Assembly: GCA_039588295.1 (NCBI GenBank)
Contig: JBDHAB010000001.1
Span: forward strand, 192,001 to 256,000
DNA from: Gemmatimonadota bacterium
Lineage (GTDB): Bacteria; Gemmatimonadota; Gemmatimonadetes; Gemmatimonadales; GWC2-71-9
Reading direction: 5' to 3'
Length of the DNA stretch: 64,000 nucleotides
A model generated the notes under the pieces. That model worked only from the letters and a program-made list of their open reading frames with translations. It was not told the origin of the DNA and searched no databases. Positions 46,858-57,446 of this stretch are shown in pieces. A program made the position numbers and the translations under genes. Every line of letters starts with the position of its first letter. Position 1 is the stretch's first letter.

Positions 46858-48440
46858 GGATCGTACGCAGCACGCGGTTCGCGACACTGGCGGCGCTGCT
46901 TCTGCTGTCGTGGCCGTCGTCGCCGCTTCGTGCCCAACAGGTGCCGCCCGGCGACCCGGTAATCGATCGCGTTGTCGTGCGCACGCACAACGTGTTCGAC
47001 AGCACCGAGGCTCGGGGCAACTTCCTCTTCCGCTTGGCCAATGCGCTCCACTTCACCACACGGTCGTCGGTCGTGCGGCACGAGCTGCTCTTCAAGGAAG
47101 GTGATCGATACGACGCGGCCAAGGTGGCGGAGACACTGCGCAACCTGCGTGCGCGGGGGCTCTTTCGTGATGTGCGCATTGAAACACAGCCCTCCGACAG
47201 CGGGGTCGAGGTGCTCGTCGAAACGGCTGACGGATGGACGACCGAAGCGGTGCTCAACGCCAGATTCACCGCCGGAGAGTTCTCCTGGGCGTTGGGCGGA
47301 CGCGAACGCAATGTGCTGGGAACGGGGGCGGAGCTCGGGGTGGTCTACCGTGATGAGCCGGATCGCACAGCGCTGCAGTTGAGTGGTGCGGTCCCCCGGA
47401 TTCGTGGCACGAGGTTCGAGGTTCGGGGATTCTTCCACGATCTCAGCGACGGTGATGTTGGAGGCTGGTCGGTAGCGCTTCCGTTTCGATCGCTAGCCGA
47501 TCGCAACGGGTTCGCGCTCACGGGTTTTGTAGGGCGGCAGCGCATCCTCCAGTTTCGCGACGGAGATTCGCTGGAGACCTATCGACGGCGGGTGTTCCTG
47601 CAGCGCGGAGAGGTAGCCTACGCGCCCTACGCAAGTTCGGCCGGATACGTCCGTGTCGGTCTGGCCGCGCAGATCAAGCGGGAAGAGTACTTGCTGTGGG
47701 GCGAGGTGGCCTCGCAGGTGCCGGACACGGTGACCGGTGCGGTCGGGGCGTTCGCCGAGGTGCTACTCCCGCGCTTCAAGGTGGTCACGCATTACGACGG
47801 GTTCGCGCGCGAGGTGGATCTCGATCTGAGTACGCGACTTGCGGTCGGGGCGTGGATTGCACCGAGTGGGCTTGGCTACCGCGAAACGGGAATTGGGCCG
47901 AGCGCCTATTTGCAGACCGGCGTGTCGTGGGGGAGGAACTTTGCGAAGCTCCAGGCGTGGGCCAACGGCCTGTTCACCGACACCGGCCTCGATTCCGGGC
48001 AAGTGCGTGCCGCTCTTACGCTGGCCTCGCAGGTGATTCCCAAAAACGCAATCGTGTTCCACATCGAGGCGGGATCTCGTCGCGGCACGCCGCCCGGTAG
48101 CGAGTTCGACCTGGGTCACGGTCAGGGCCCCAGGGTGTTCGGTCCGCACGCGTTCACGGGCGACCGGTCACTCTGGGGTACACTCGAGCACCGCGCCTTC
48201 CTCGTCGACGAGTTCGCGGGCGTGATCGGTGTCGGGTTGGCGGGGTTCGTGGACTACGGGGGAGCGTGGTATGCGGACCAGGAAGCGCGCGTTGGAGGAG
48301 ATATTGGACTTGGGCTCCGGTTCGGTGCCACGCGCTCGACGGGGCAGAACATCGGACGCCTCGATGTCGCGTACCGGTTTGGCGACGGCTGGGAGGGGAG
48401 CCGCTGGGCGGTGAGCTTCGGACGAGGCTTCGCGTTCTAG
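46854..48440 (+). CDS. Omp85/BamA-TamA family outer-membrane protein (POTRA and barrel)
   Basis: Signal peptide, ELLFKEGD.Y...ETLRNLR POTRA, ERNVLGTG, G.GLRF, C-terminal F. Confidence 0.85.
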   Translation: MRIVRSTRFATLAALLLLSWPSSPLRAQQVPPGDPVIDRVVVRTHNVFDSTEARGNFLFRLANALHFTTRSSVVRHELLFKEGDRYDAAKVAETLRNLRARGLFRDVRIETQPSDSGVEVLVETADGWTTEAVLNARFTAGEFSWALGGRERNVLGTGAELGVVYRDEPDRTALQLSGAVPRIRGTRFEVRGFFHDLSDGDVGGWSVALPFRSLADRNGFALTGFVGRQRILQFRDGDSLETYRRRVFLQRGEVAYAPYASSAGYVRVGLAAQIKREEYLLWGEVASQVPDTVTGAVGAFAEVLLPRFKVVTHYDGFAREVDLDLSTRLAVGAWIAPSGLGYRETGIGPSAYLQTGVSWGRNFAKLQAWANGLFTDTGLDSGQVRAALTLASQVIPKNAIVFHIEAGSRRGTPPGSEFDLGHGQGPRVFGPHAFTGDRSLWGTLEHRAFLVDEFAGVIGVGLAGFVDYGGAWYADQEARVGGDIGLGLRFGATRSTGQNIGRLDVAYRFGDGWEGSRWAVSFGRGFAF

Positions 48441-48461
48441 GGTACACCCGACGGGAGCGCT

Positions 48462-48791
48462 CTACCAGGCAATCTGGACCGCAGTACCCGCCGCGCTGAC
48501 CATCAGCATGTTGCCGCCCTGGCCGACCTGAATGGTCTCATAGTCGATGTCGACGCCGACGACCGCGTTGGCACCCAAGGCCTCCGCCTCCATTGCCATT
48601 TCGTCGATCGCCGTGTCTCGAGCCTTGCGCAGCTCTTCCTCGTAGGCGGCGGATCGTCCGCCGACGATGTCGCGGATCCCGGCGAAAAAGTCCTTGAAGA
48701 TATTGGCGCCCAGGATCGCTTCTCCGGTCACGATACCGTAGTAATTGCCTATTTCGACGCCCTGCACCGTCGGGGTTGTCGTAATGAGCAC
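48462..48791 (-). CDS. YbjQ/UPF0145 family protein
   Basis: [25 protein letters not shown] and [13 protein letters not shown]. Confidence 0.92.
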   Translation of the reverse strand: MLITTTPTVQGVEIGNYYGIVTGEAILGANIFKDFFAGIRDIVGGRSAAYEEELRKARDTAIDEMAMEAEALGANAVVGVDIDYETIQVGQGGNMLMVSAAGTAVQIAW

Positions 48792-48808
48792 GGGCTCTCC
48801 TCCAATTT

Positions 48809-49369
48809 TCAGGTTCTGAGACGATGGAGCGCGATCGCGCGTGCGATCGCGCGTCGCAGCGCTCCATCCACGCCTCGCTGTCCGATATCGGTGACGAGGC
48901 ACCACAAGGCCTTGGCCGTCCCGGACGACGGGGACGACGCTGACGCGACTCCGTGAAACATGAGATCGTGATGTAGATGGCCGGGCTCACCCATGGCCGG
49001 CGGGATCTCGTGCACCTCGATGCTCACGAGTTCCAGCCGGTCATGCTCCGAGACGACCACGCCAGTTTCCTCTTGGACTTCTCGGAATGCGGCGTTCACG
49101 ATGGACGTGTCGTGCGGCTCGATGTGCCCACCGGGCTGAAGCCAGCGACCGAGCCGCTCGTGGTATGCCAACAGCACGTGCTGTCTCGTGGAATCGAGCA
49201 CCACGGCGCTCGCCGTGATGTGCCCTGGCTCGTAGGTGGTTCTGGCAAACGGATCTCGAGTAGTGCGCAGGAGATCGGCGGTGCGCCGTGCGTCGTGCGT
49301 CGCGCGTGCGTCGCTGGCGGCGTCGAACGCCTCCACGACAGCGAGTACCTCTCGACGCGAAACAATCAT
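48809..49369 (-). CDS. NUDIX hydrolase
   Basis: GHITASA and WLQPGGHIE...[10 protein letters not shown]. Confidence 0.88.
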   Translation of the reverse strand: MIVSRREVLAVVEAFDAASDARATHDARRTADLLRTTRDPFARTTYEPGHITASAVVLDSTRQHVLLAYHERLGRWLQPGGHIEPHDTSIVNAAFREVQEETGVVVSEHDRLELVSIEVHEIPPAMGEPGHLHHDLMFHGVASASSPSSGTAKALWCLVTDIGQRGVDGALRRAIARAIALHRLRT

Positions 49370-50037
49370 GCTTCGACTGGGCGCACGCACTCGGGACCGT
49401 CGTTGTGCGGGCTGTTTACGAAGGTGCTGACTGGATGCGCGGCCATCTCGCTCGCGGGATACGGCCTGAGGAGATCACGGAGATGCTCAACGTCTTGGTT
49501 GGCCGGATCGAGCCACGCGTCATAATGCTGTTGGAGTAAGATCACCGGCATGCGATTGTGAATCGGCTGGAGCAGCTCGTTGGGCTCGGTCGTGATGATC
49601 GTAAACGTCTCGATCGGGCGGTGCCCCTCGTCGCTCCAGCGTTCCCACAGTCCGGCAAAGGCGAATACACCGCCGTCGTGCAGACGGAGGTAGTATGGCT
49701 GCTTGCCGTGATCGGTCTTCATCCACTCGTAGAACCCGTCCGTGGGGATCAGACATCGTCGGTACCTGTACGCCGCCTCGAAGGCCGGTTTCTCCGACAG
49801 GGTCTCCGCCCTCGCGTTGATCAGGCGGTTGCCGATGGTGGGGTTCTTGGCCCAAGAGGGAATGAGCCCCCATCGGAGCAGGTGGAGCCGCCGCTCACCC
49901 GAGGGACGCTGACGCACGGTGGCGGCGTCCTGTGTGGGCGCGAGGTTGTAGCGCGGCGGCAGGGCGGGAACGTTCAGGAGTTTGAACACTTCCCGATCGA
50001 GGTCAGCAATCTGTGCCTGCGTGAATCGGCCGCACAT
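49366..50037 (-). CDS. SOS response-associated peptidase (SRAP/YedK)
   Basis: MCGRF (Cys2), INARAET, RCLIP.DGFYEW and IHNRMPV. Confidence 0.95.
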   Translation of the reverse strand: MCGRFTQAQIADLDREVFKLLNVPALPPRYNLAPTQDAATVRQRPSGERRLHLLRWGLIPSWAKNPTIGNRLINARAETLSEKPAFEAAYRYRRCLIPTDGFYEWMKTDHGKQPYYLRLHDGGVFAFAGLWERWSDEGHRPIETFTIITTEPNELLQPIHNRMPVILLQQHYDAWLDPANQDVEHLRDLLRPYPASEMAAHPVSTFVNSPHNDGPECVRPVEA

Positions 50038-50146
50038 GGAAAGGAATCAACTTTTCAACCAGGTGACTTCCAAGATACTGCCCCAGTTTGCCCCCGGCGA
50101 ACGCACCGCGCAAATTCGACTGTCCCGTCTCAGCTTGGAGTGACGC

Positions 50147-51121
50147 ATGCGATGCTATCGGCTGCTCTTCCCGCTCTTCCTCATGGCGGTCCCCGTCTTC
50201 CAGCTCGGTGCTCAGGACACGGTGCGATTCACGCCCACGGTTGGATACTCGACGTTTGCCGTGCGTGAGCCCGTGCTGCGGATCGAGCCGGGATCCGTCT
50301 TGATCTCCAACACGAATTTCGGCGGTTACTACACGGAGGAGGGCGGTGCCTTCCCCGGAGAAGTTGGGCCGATTTACGTCGAGGGGGCGACCACCGACGA
50401 TATGCTGGTCGTGAAGATCCACTCGGTGCGGCCGAACCACGATCTCGCTGCGTCGCGGCTGTACGCGAACTTCGGTGGCCTGACCCAAGATCGGTGGGTA
50501 CGCACGCTCAACGACCCCGCGCCCGAGCGGCGTTACGTGTGGAGGCTGGACACCGAGCGCATGGTGGCGCGCACCCGGCTGCAAGGCAGCGCGATCGAGG
50601 AAATCGAGATCGATCTTCGTCCCATGCTGGGGCGCGTTGCGGTGGCGCCGAGAGGCAGCGAGGCGTTCGGTGGTCTCTGGCCGGGCGACTTCGGTGGCAA
50701 CATGGATGCCGTGGAGGTCCGGGAAGGCACGACGGTGTACCTCCCCATCTTCCATGACGGAGCCTATTTCTACTTCGGCGACGGCCACGCGCGGCAGGGC
50801 CACGGTGAGGTTTCGGGCACCGGCCTCGAGACGTCGATGGACGTCGTGCTCGAGATCGATCTCATCAAGGGCGAGCGCATCGACTGGCCACGCCTCGAGG
50901 ACGACGAGTACATCATGGTCGCGGGGAGTGCGCGGCCGCTCATCGACGCGTTTCGGATCGCCCACGTGGAGCTCGTGGAATGGCTCGCGGAGTACGGCTT
51001 CGAGCGCTGGGATGCGTACATGCTGCTGGGCCAACTGGCCGAGAGCTCTGTCGCCAACATCGTCGATCCGGCGTACACGGTCGTGGCGAAGTTTCCCAAG
51101 CGATACCTCCCTGAGCAGTAG
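50147..51121 (+). CDS. Secreted acetamidase/formamidase family protein
   Basis: Signal peptide, GPIYVEGA, GGNMD and GDGHARQGHGE. Confidence 0.88.
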   Translation: MRCYRLLFPLFLMAVPVFQLGAQDTVRFTPTVGYSTFAVREPVLRIEPGSVLISNTNFGGYYTEEGGAFPGEVGPIYVEGATTDDMLVVKIHSVRPNHDLAASRLYANFGGLTQDRWVRTLNDPAPERRYVWRLDTERMVARTRLQGSAIEEIEIDLRPMLGRVAVAPRGSEAFGGLWPGDFGGNMDAVEVREGTTVYLPIFHDGAYFYFGDGHARQGHGEVSGTGLETSMDVVLEIDLIKGERIDWPRLEDDEYIMVAGSARPLIDAFRIAHVELVEWLAEYGFERWDAYMLLGQLAESSVANIVDPAYTVVAKFPKRYLPEQ

Positions 51122-51174
51122 ACCGGCTCAGGGCACCACCTATCTCGTTGCTGTCAAAGGTGATAGACGAGCCC

Positions 51175-51220
51175 TTGACACATCCGACCCACAATGCTAC
51201 TGTGTTGGTAGACCAATACA
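51175..51220 (+). promoter_or_regulatory. Sigma70 promoter with overlapping YtrA-type operator
   Basis: TTGACA, 17 nt, TACTGT; imperfect palindrome TGTGTTGGTAGACCAATACA at 51201-51220. Confidence 0.75.
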
Positions 51221-51228
51221 CTTATCAG

Positions 51229-51609
51229 ATGTTCAGCCAGATCGATCCCCGCAGCCCGACGCCGCTGTACGACCAGATTGCCTCGCGCATTCGGGTCGCC
51301 GTGGCGGCCGGTGAACTGCACTCCGGTGACGCACTGCCTTCCGTGCGCCAGCTGGCGAGCCAGCTGCGCGTGAATCCCGCCACGGTGGTGCAAGCCTACC
51401 GAACGCTCGAGTCAGAAGGGTTCGTCGAGATGCGCCAGGGGTCCGGAACGTTCATCCGAGAAATCGGTTCCAGTCGACGCGCGGAGGAGCGCGTGGAGCA
51501 GGCGCGCAAGATCGTGCGGAGGATGTTGACCGATGCGGCGCGGCGCGGCCTTTCTGCGCGTGAGGTGGAGCGGGCGTTCAAGACCGAGTTGGGTTCGGAG
51601 GTGTCATGA
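51229..51609 (+). CDS. GntR (YtrA subfamily) regulator
   Basis: PLYDQI, LPSVRQLA..LRVNPATVVQAY and G.GTF; short C-terminus; precedes an ABC ATPase. Confidence 0.93.
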   Translation: MFSQIDPRSPTPLYDQIASRIRVAVAAGELHSGDALPSVRQLASQLRVNPATVVQAYRTLESEGFVEMRQGSGTFIREIGSSRRAEERVEQARKIVRRMLTDAARRGLSAREVERAFKTELGSEVS

Positions 51610-52508
51610 GCAGCGCGATCGAAACGCGTGGCGTGCACGCCCGTCTCGGCAAGACGTTCGAGATCCGGGAGCTGTCGCTCAACGTGCCGACCGGATCGAT
51701 CTACGGGTTCTTGGGTCCCAACGGTTCGGGCAAGACCACGACCATCCGGCTCGTGCTGGGACTGTTGCGAGCGAGACGGGGAACCATCACCGTGCTGGGC
51801 CGCACGATTCCGGCCGACACACCGCGGGTGTTGGCCCGTACCGGCTACGTTCCCGAGCGGCCGCATCTCTATACCGGACTCACGATTGGCGAGGCCATCC
51901 GCTACCACGCGGCGTTCTACTCGACGTGGGATGCGCGCCGGGCGCAAGAACTGGAGCGCCGGTTCACCCTCAATCGATCGCTTCGTCTCGGGCGGCTCTC
52001 GAAGGGCGAGACGGGCAAGCTCATGATGCTCCTCGCCCTGGCGCAGAACCCCGACCTCCTCGTGCTGGATGAACCAACCGACGGGCTCGACCCCGTGGTG
52101 CGCCGCGACGTGCTGTCGGCGCTGTTGGACTACGTGTCCCAACGGGATGCGACGGTGTTCGTCTCGAGCCATCTCGTGCATGAACTCGAGCGCGTGTGTG
52201 ACTGGATCGGAGTGATGGATAACGGACGCATGGTTGCCGAAATGCCGATGCAGACGTTCAAGAATGGCATCAAGCGGCTGCGGGTGGCCGAGGCCCCGTC
52301 GCTCGTGAGTGACACACCGTTCGTCCTGTTGGCACGAGAGCCCGGGGATGGCGTGAGCGCCGGTGAAGTTTGGGTGGTTCGAGGCTGGCAGACACCGATG
52401 AAGCAGTACTTCGATGGAATCGGAGCGACATTGCGCGAGGTGGTGGACTTGGACCTCGAGGAAGGCTTCGTCGAGCTGCTGCGCACGTTCCGGACGCCGA
52501 GCGCGTAG
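51606..52508 (+). CDS. ABC transporter ATP-binding protein
   Basis: GPNGSGKTT, LSKG, LDEPTDGLD and SSH. Confidence 0.95.
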   Translation: MSSAIETRGVHARLGKTFEIRELSLNVPTGSIYGFLGPNGSGKTTTIRLVLGLLRARRGTITVLGRTIPADTPRVLARTGYVPERPHLYTGLTIGEAIRYHAAFYSTWDARRAQELERRFTLNRSLRLGRLSKGETGKLMMLLALAQNPDLLVLDEPTDGLDPVVRRDVLSALLDYVSQRDATVFVSSHLVHELERVCDWIGVMDNGRMVAEMPMQTFKNGIKRLRVAEAPSLVSDTPFVLLAREPGDGVSAGEVWVVRGWQTPMKQYFDGIGATLREVVDLDLEEGFVELLRTFRTPSA

Positions 52509-52519
52509 GGAGATCGCCG

Positions 52520-53176
52520 ATGTTCGCGCAAATACTGTACACGCAGTGGAAGTGGTCTGGAAAAGGGATCCTCCTCGCCGCGCTGGTCGCGTTTGCGCTC
52601 CCGATCCTCACCGTGCAAACGGCGGGCACGGCGGACCCGACGTGGCTCGACGCTCGGAGGCTGCTGGCGGAGATGGAGGGCTGGAGTCGCTGGTATCCGC
52701 TCCTCGCGCTGGCGATCGGACTCCTTGCCGGCACGACGGCATGGACCAATGACCACCGAATGAAGCACGTGTATGCGCTATCGCTACCGGTACCCCGGTG
52801 GCACTACGTCCTGCTGCGCTACGGTGGGGGGCTCGTGCTCCTCATCGCCCCGATCGCGCTCTTTGCGATTGGTGCGCTCGTCGCCAGCGCCACGGCGACG
52901 ATCCCGCCGGGGCTGCACGCGTATCCGGCTGCGATTGCCTTGCGGTTCGCCCTCGCGGTGCTTCTGGCCTACTCCATTCTCTTTGCGATCTCCGCAGGGA
53001 CGACCCGCACGGCGGGCTACGTACTGAGCATCGTCGGTGGGGTTGTGGTGTTGCAGCTCATGTTCGAGTTGTCCGGCGCGGGTGGGAACTTCGTGACGCC
53101 CCTGTTCGATCGCATGGTCACCTGGCCTGGACCGTTCGAGATCTTCTCGGGCCGCTGGATGCTGATCGATGTCTAG
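52520..53176 (+). CDS. ABC transporter permease
   Basis: About five hydrophobic segments; SLPV.R motif; operon context. Confidence 0.8.
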   Translation: MFAQILYTQWKWSGKGILLAALVAFALPILTVQTAGTADPTWLDARRLLAEMEGWSRWYPLLALAIGLLAGTTAWTNDHRMKHVYALSLPVPRWHYVLLRYGGGLVLLIAPIALFAIGALVASATATIPPGLHAYPAAIALRFALAVLLAYSILFAISAGTTRTAGYVLSIVGGVVVLQLMFELSGAGGNFVTPLFDRMVTWPGPFEIFSGRWMLIDV

Positions 53177-54260
53177 CGAGGCGCGACGGACAATTACGGT
53201 CGCGCTTGCGCTGGTGGTAAGCGCGGCTGCGTCGGTCCCGGTCAGCGCCCAGACGGTCGACGAGCATCGAACGCGCGTGGATCGACTGGCCGACCGGCTC
53301 GAAGCCCTGCGCACCCAGGTGCTGAGCGCCGAGTCTCAGGTGCCCTTGGACACCGTCGCCACGGGCCGGATTCATGTGGTGGCGCTGCCCGACCGCCGCA
53401 CGTTCACGCAGGACGTCGCGCGGCTCGTGTGGGACTCCCTGCGGATCACACTCCGCGCCGACACGTCACTCGTGACGGACCTGTATGTCTACCTGCACGA
53501 TGCCCGCGCCCCTCGCCTGAGCGTTGGCGATCTCAGGTCACACTTCATCGAAGAGGCCGCGACCACCGAAGTGGTCGCCGGCCAGTTGGTGGGGATGGCC
53601 ATGTCGGACCTATGGGCCGGGGCAGATGCGGATCTCCGGGGCTGGCTGGGTACGGTGTGGTCGTTCGATTCGTTGTCCAGCGTGCCCGCCGAGGTCGTGT
53701 ACAGGGAGCTGGTGATCGCGCCGTGGCAGGTGACGGATGCCTGTCGGCGGGGCGATCTCGCGTCGTGCCGACGTGTCTTGGGACTCGAGAGCACCGAGGA
53801 TTCGGTGTCCTACTGGTACACGCCGGAGGAGCAGCGGAGAGTCGTCGAACAATTCGATCGATACTCACCCGCACTCTGGCTTCGCACGATGCCAGCGTTT
53901 CAGGCATGCGTCGGAGGCACGGACGCGGCGTGTACCGAACTGCTCAACGAGCACTTCTACTTGATCAGGGCTCCTTTGTCCGCGAGCGCACGGGAGACCT
54001 TGCTGCGCCTTGCGCTCCAATACGGCGGAGAGGGTGCCCTGGGGCGACTCGTGGGTAGTGAGGGTCTTCGGCTCGACGAGCGGCTCGGCCGTGCCGCGGG
54101 AATCGCGGCGGACACACTGCTCGTTCGGTGGCGCGAGCGGATCCTGGCCGCGGCACCCGAACCGACGATTCTCACTCGCCGCTCGGGGTGGTTTGCGTTC
54201 CTGTGGGTCGTGGCGTTGGTGGTTCTCTCCGCGAGGAGCACGCGATGGCGCACCGACTGA
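53169..54260 (+). CDS. Exported, C-terminally membrane-anchored hypothetical protein
   Basis: Signal peptide, CRRGDLASC motif, C-terminal TM. Confidence 0.72.
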   Translation: MSSEARRTITVALALVVSAAASVPVSAQTVDEHRTRVDRLADRLEALRTQVLSAESQVPLDTVATGRIHVVALPDRRTFTQDVARLVWDSLRITLRADTSLVTDLYVYLHDARAPRLSVGDLRSHFIEEAATTEVVAGQLVGMAMSDLWAGADADLRGWLGTVWSFDSLSSVPAEVVYRELVIAPWQVTDACRRGDLASCRRVLGLESTEDSVSYWYTPEEQRRVVEQFDRYSPALWLRTMPAFQACVGGTDAACTELLNEHFYLIRAPLSASARETLLRLALQYGGEGALGRLVGSEGLRLDERLGRAAGIAADTLLVRWRERILAAAPEPTILTRRSGWFAFLWVVALVVLSARSTRWRTD

Positions 54261-55414
54261 GTCGATGGCTCATTGCGGTCGTTCTCGCCTGCGCGGCCGT
54301 CGCGGTGATCCTCCTGCCCCCGCACGCCCCCACGGACGAGAACGAGCGGATGCGGCTCCCTCCGTCTTGGGTGTATGGGCGCGCACAGCGGCAGTTGGGG
54401 CAGGCGGTCGAGATCCTGCGGCTCGCGCGTCTCGATCAGTCGTTAACGTCACGCGTCGGGCTCGAAGACACCGGCGGGGGCTTACCTGCCATCATCGTCG
54501 ATCCCAACGTCCCGTCGAGAATCGCGGACCTCCTCGACCACATCGTCGCCGCTTCATGGCAGCGGATTGTGCCGGTCGACTCGTCGATCGCCTTCGCGGT
54601 CGCAGTGTCGGTAGACACCATTCAGGTGGTGGAGGGCTATGAGAGAGAGGCGTGGTGGGGTACGCGGGTCTCCCACCTGCTGCCGGTGGAGCCGGACGAC
54701 CGAGACTGCGTGTCCGTTGCGAGCTTTGGCAGGAAGGACGCAAGGTCCTTCGCGAGCGGGCGTTCGTTGGACGGATGGGAAATGCAGTGGTTGCGTGAAA
54801 GCATCGTGGGCGCGTGTGGCTACTACGCGGTGTTCGGCAAGCCTGGCGACGGCATCGCCCGCTGGCTCGAGTCGTGGGAGTACTCACCGATTCTCTCAAC
54901 GTCGTGGTTGGCGGGCGAACAGCCTGGAGCGAGCCGCGACTGGCGCTTTCGGAACTTTCGCGGTCTCCACACCGAGTTCGTGGGCTGCGCGGCAGGTGAT
55001 CTCGCCAGGTGTCGGGCGGCGATGCACAGCACACCCGGAGAAGGACGGGTCTTCGTGCGTCGTGCGGACTTCACGCTTCCCGGTATGGTCGGCGCGGACC
55101 CGTACAGATCCCGATACCCGCCACGAGACGCGCTGGGGCCGGCGGCCGACCGCTACTTCGCCGACATGGTGGTCGAGTTCGGGCGAGACCGGTTTCGAGC
55201 GTTCTGGACCTCGGAGGCCGCAATCGAGGATGCGTTCGCGCAGGCGATGGGTGTTGCCCTGGACGAGTGGACTAGGCAGTGGGCGCGGACCTACATCGGC
55301 GTCCCGCAAACGGCCCGCAGTATTCCGCTTGGATCGACCCTGCTATCCCTCGTGATCGCAGGCGTGTTTGTCGGCGGTGCCGGGGTGCTCGCGTTGCGCC
55401 GGCAGGTGAGCTAG
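54245..55414 (+). CDS. Exported, C-terminally membrane-anchored hypothetical protein (probable paralogue of the upstream gene)
   Basis: N-terminal hydrophobic segment, CAAGDLARC motif, C-terminal TM. Confidence 0.72.
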   Translation: MAHRLSRWLIAVVLACAAVAVILLPPHAPTDENERMRLPPSWVYGRAQRQLGQAVEILRLARLDQSLTSRVGLEDTGGGLPAIIVDPNVPSRIADLLDHIVAASWQRIVPVDSSIAFAVAVSVDTIQVVEGYEREAWWGTRVSHLLPVEPDDRDCVSVASFGRKDARSFASGRSLDGWEMQWLRESIVGACGYYAVFGKPGDGIARWLESWEYSPILSTSWLAGEQPGASRDWRFRNFRGLHTEFVGCAAGDLARCRAAMHSTPGEGRVFVRRADFTLPGMVGADPYRSRYPPRDALGPAADRYFADMVVEFGRDRFRAFWTSEAAIEDAFAQAMGVALDEWTRQWARTYIGVPQTARSIPLGSTLLSLVIAGVFVGGAGVLALRRQVS

Positions 55415-55436
55415 CCCGCGGCGCACCGCGAGCCCG

Positions 55437-57170
55437 TCAGGTTCGGCTCCGTGCGCATTCGTCCGCTTTTGCCAGGGCCACTTCGAGGTCCGTTCGCGAT
55501 TGAGCGATTCCCATCGCGGACGCTCGCTCGACCGCCACACGCAACGCTTCCATCACCGTTTCGGCCATTCGCAGCTCTCCGGTCATCGCTTGTCGTTTGA
55601 CTTGAATCTCGTCCTGGCTGCGTGCGAGTGACCGTGGCGATTCCAGCGTTCGGCTCCCGCTCTGTTCGTCCGACAGGTGGTCGAGTCGGCTGAGCTGTCG
55701 TGCAACGGAGCGAACTCGGGCAACCACCTGGTCGGCGGCAGCGACGATTGCCGGAAACTGCTCGCGCTCCGACCGCGGCATGTTCGCGACCAGCCCGGCG
55801 ATGACGGCGCGCTCGCTCCGTACGAGCTGGACGGAGTCCCCATGGACGCCGAATGCCCCCGATCGCGGCACGGGGGTGAGGGCCCCAGTGACCGGGTTCA
55901 CCGGGGTGGATGCTGGGTCGGGATGACCGCGCATGATGTCGCGCCATGCATAGCCGGCGGTCCACAGCCGCGCGTACATCGACGCGAGCGGCAGAGCGGA
56001 CAGCGCGGCAACGACCGGTGCAAAATCCAGGGAGCCGTTCAGCAGCAGATCGACCGCGAGGAGGCCCGAGTTCCCGATCACGAACAGGCCGAGCGCGCGG
56101 CGTAGCGAGGTGATCGGACTGGTAGGAGCCTTGGCGCTCGTGATCGCCGCCCGAATGCCGGACGTGAATACGGATGCAGCCGGTTGTGCGGTGTCCGGCC
56201 GGACAGCGGCGGTCAGTTGCGCCGCCGTCGCGAACCGATCGTCCGGCTCTTTGGCCAGGCAGCGTGCCACGACGGCCGCGAGGTCGGCCGGGCAATCCGG
56301 TCTCGCGAGTGTGACGAGCGGTGCCTCTTCAGTGACGAGTTTGACTACCAGTCCCTGGAGCGTCGACGCCTTGAAGGGCAGCTCGCCCGCGAGCATTTGG
56401 TAGACCACTACGCCGAGCGCGTACACGTCCGAGCGGCGGTCCACCTCACGTTCGCTGGCCTGTTCGGGACTCATGTAATCCGGTGTGCCGAGCAGAATGC
56501 CGGTTCCCGTCAGGGCGGTCCCCTCGGCTTCGGCTGCCCGCGCGATGCCAAGGTCCATCACGAGCACCCGCTGTTCGTCACCTTCGAGCATGATGTTGTC
56601 CGGCTTGATGTCGCGGTGGACCATGCCTGCTTCGTGTGCGTGATGCAGCGCACCAGAGGCCTCGAACGCGATCCGACGAATCTCTGAGATGGCCAGACGG
56701 CTCTCACGCCGAAGACGCTGCCCGAGCGTTTCTCCCTTGACCAGGGGCATCACGAAATACGCGAGCCCCTCATGCTCCCCTACCGAATAGATGGGGATGA
56801 TGTTGGGGTGGCGGAGCTGTGCCATCGCCTCGGCTTCCCGTTGAAACCGCTCGCGCACGATGTCACTGGCGCGGAGGTCGTAGCGAAGGGTCTTCACCGC
56901 TACCTCGCGCTTGAGCCTCAGATCCCTGGCAGCGTACACCTCGGCGAAGCCACCGCGGCCCAGCAGGGAGCCGAGCGCGTACTGGTCTCCGACGGCACGC
57001 TGCAGGTGGGCGCGGTGTTCCTCATGGGCGCGTTGCTGAGGGGTCAGAGCCGGAGTTGGAGCTGGCGCTTGCATGGCGTCGGGGCGTGGCGCTCCGCACT
57101 CGGGGCAGAACTTGCCCTGCCCAGGGAGTGTCGCCTGGCAGATGGGACAGCGTTCGAGGGCGTCGGTCAT
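55437..57170 (-). CDS. Ser/Thr protein kinase with N-terminal zinc ribbon, TM hairpin and coiled-coil tail
   Basis: CPIC...CPECG; GRGGFA, VAVK, HRDIKPDN, DLG and GTPDYMSPEQ. Confidence 0.93.
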   Translation of the reverse strand: MTDALERCPICQATLPGQGKFCPECGAPRPDAMQAPAPTPALTPQQRAHEEHRAHLQRAVGDQYALGSLLGRGGFAEVYAARDLRLKREVAVKTLRYDLRASDIVRERFQREAEAMAQLRHPNIIPIYSVGEHEGLAYFVMPLVKGETLGQRLRRESRLAISEIRRIAFEASGALHHAHEAGMVHRDIKPDNIMLEGDEQRVLVMDLGIARAAEAEGTALTGTGILLGTPDYMSPEQASEREVDRRSDVYALGVVVYQMLAGELPFKASTLQGLVVKLVTEEAPLVTLARPDCPADLAAVVARCLAKEPDDRFATAAQLTAAVRPDTAQPAASVFTSGIRAAITSAKAPTSPITSLRRALGLFVIGNSGLLAVDLLLNGSLDFAPVVAALSALPLASMYARLWTAGYAWRDIMRGHPDPASTPVNPVTGALTPVPRSGAFGVHGDSVQLVRSERAVIAGLVANMPRSEREQFPAIVAAADQVVARVRSVARQLSRLDHLSDEQSGSRTLESPRSLARSQDEIQVKRQAMTGELRMAETVMEALRVAVERASAMGIAQSRTDLEVALAKADECARSRT

Positions 57171-57316
57171 CGGTGTGCAGCAGTCCAAGCCTCAGGCAAT
57201 GTACGGCGCTGCCTTCGTGCCGCGAGATTCTCTATCGTACCCGGGTGGAGGCGATGGTGTTCGCCGGGTGCGAGGGCTTGAGAATGCCCCCCGGCGGGGC
57301 GAGCTTTGACGCAGTT

Positions 57317-57388
<72 letters not shown>

Positions 57389-57446
57389 CTGGACCCACCT
57401 CCTCTCGTCTCCTAGCTTAGCTCAGGACCAGACGGGAGTCGTCGTA

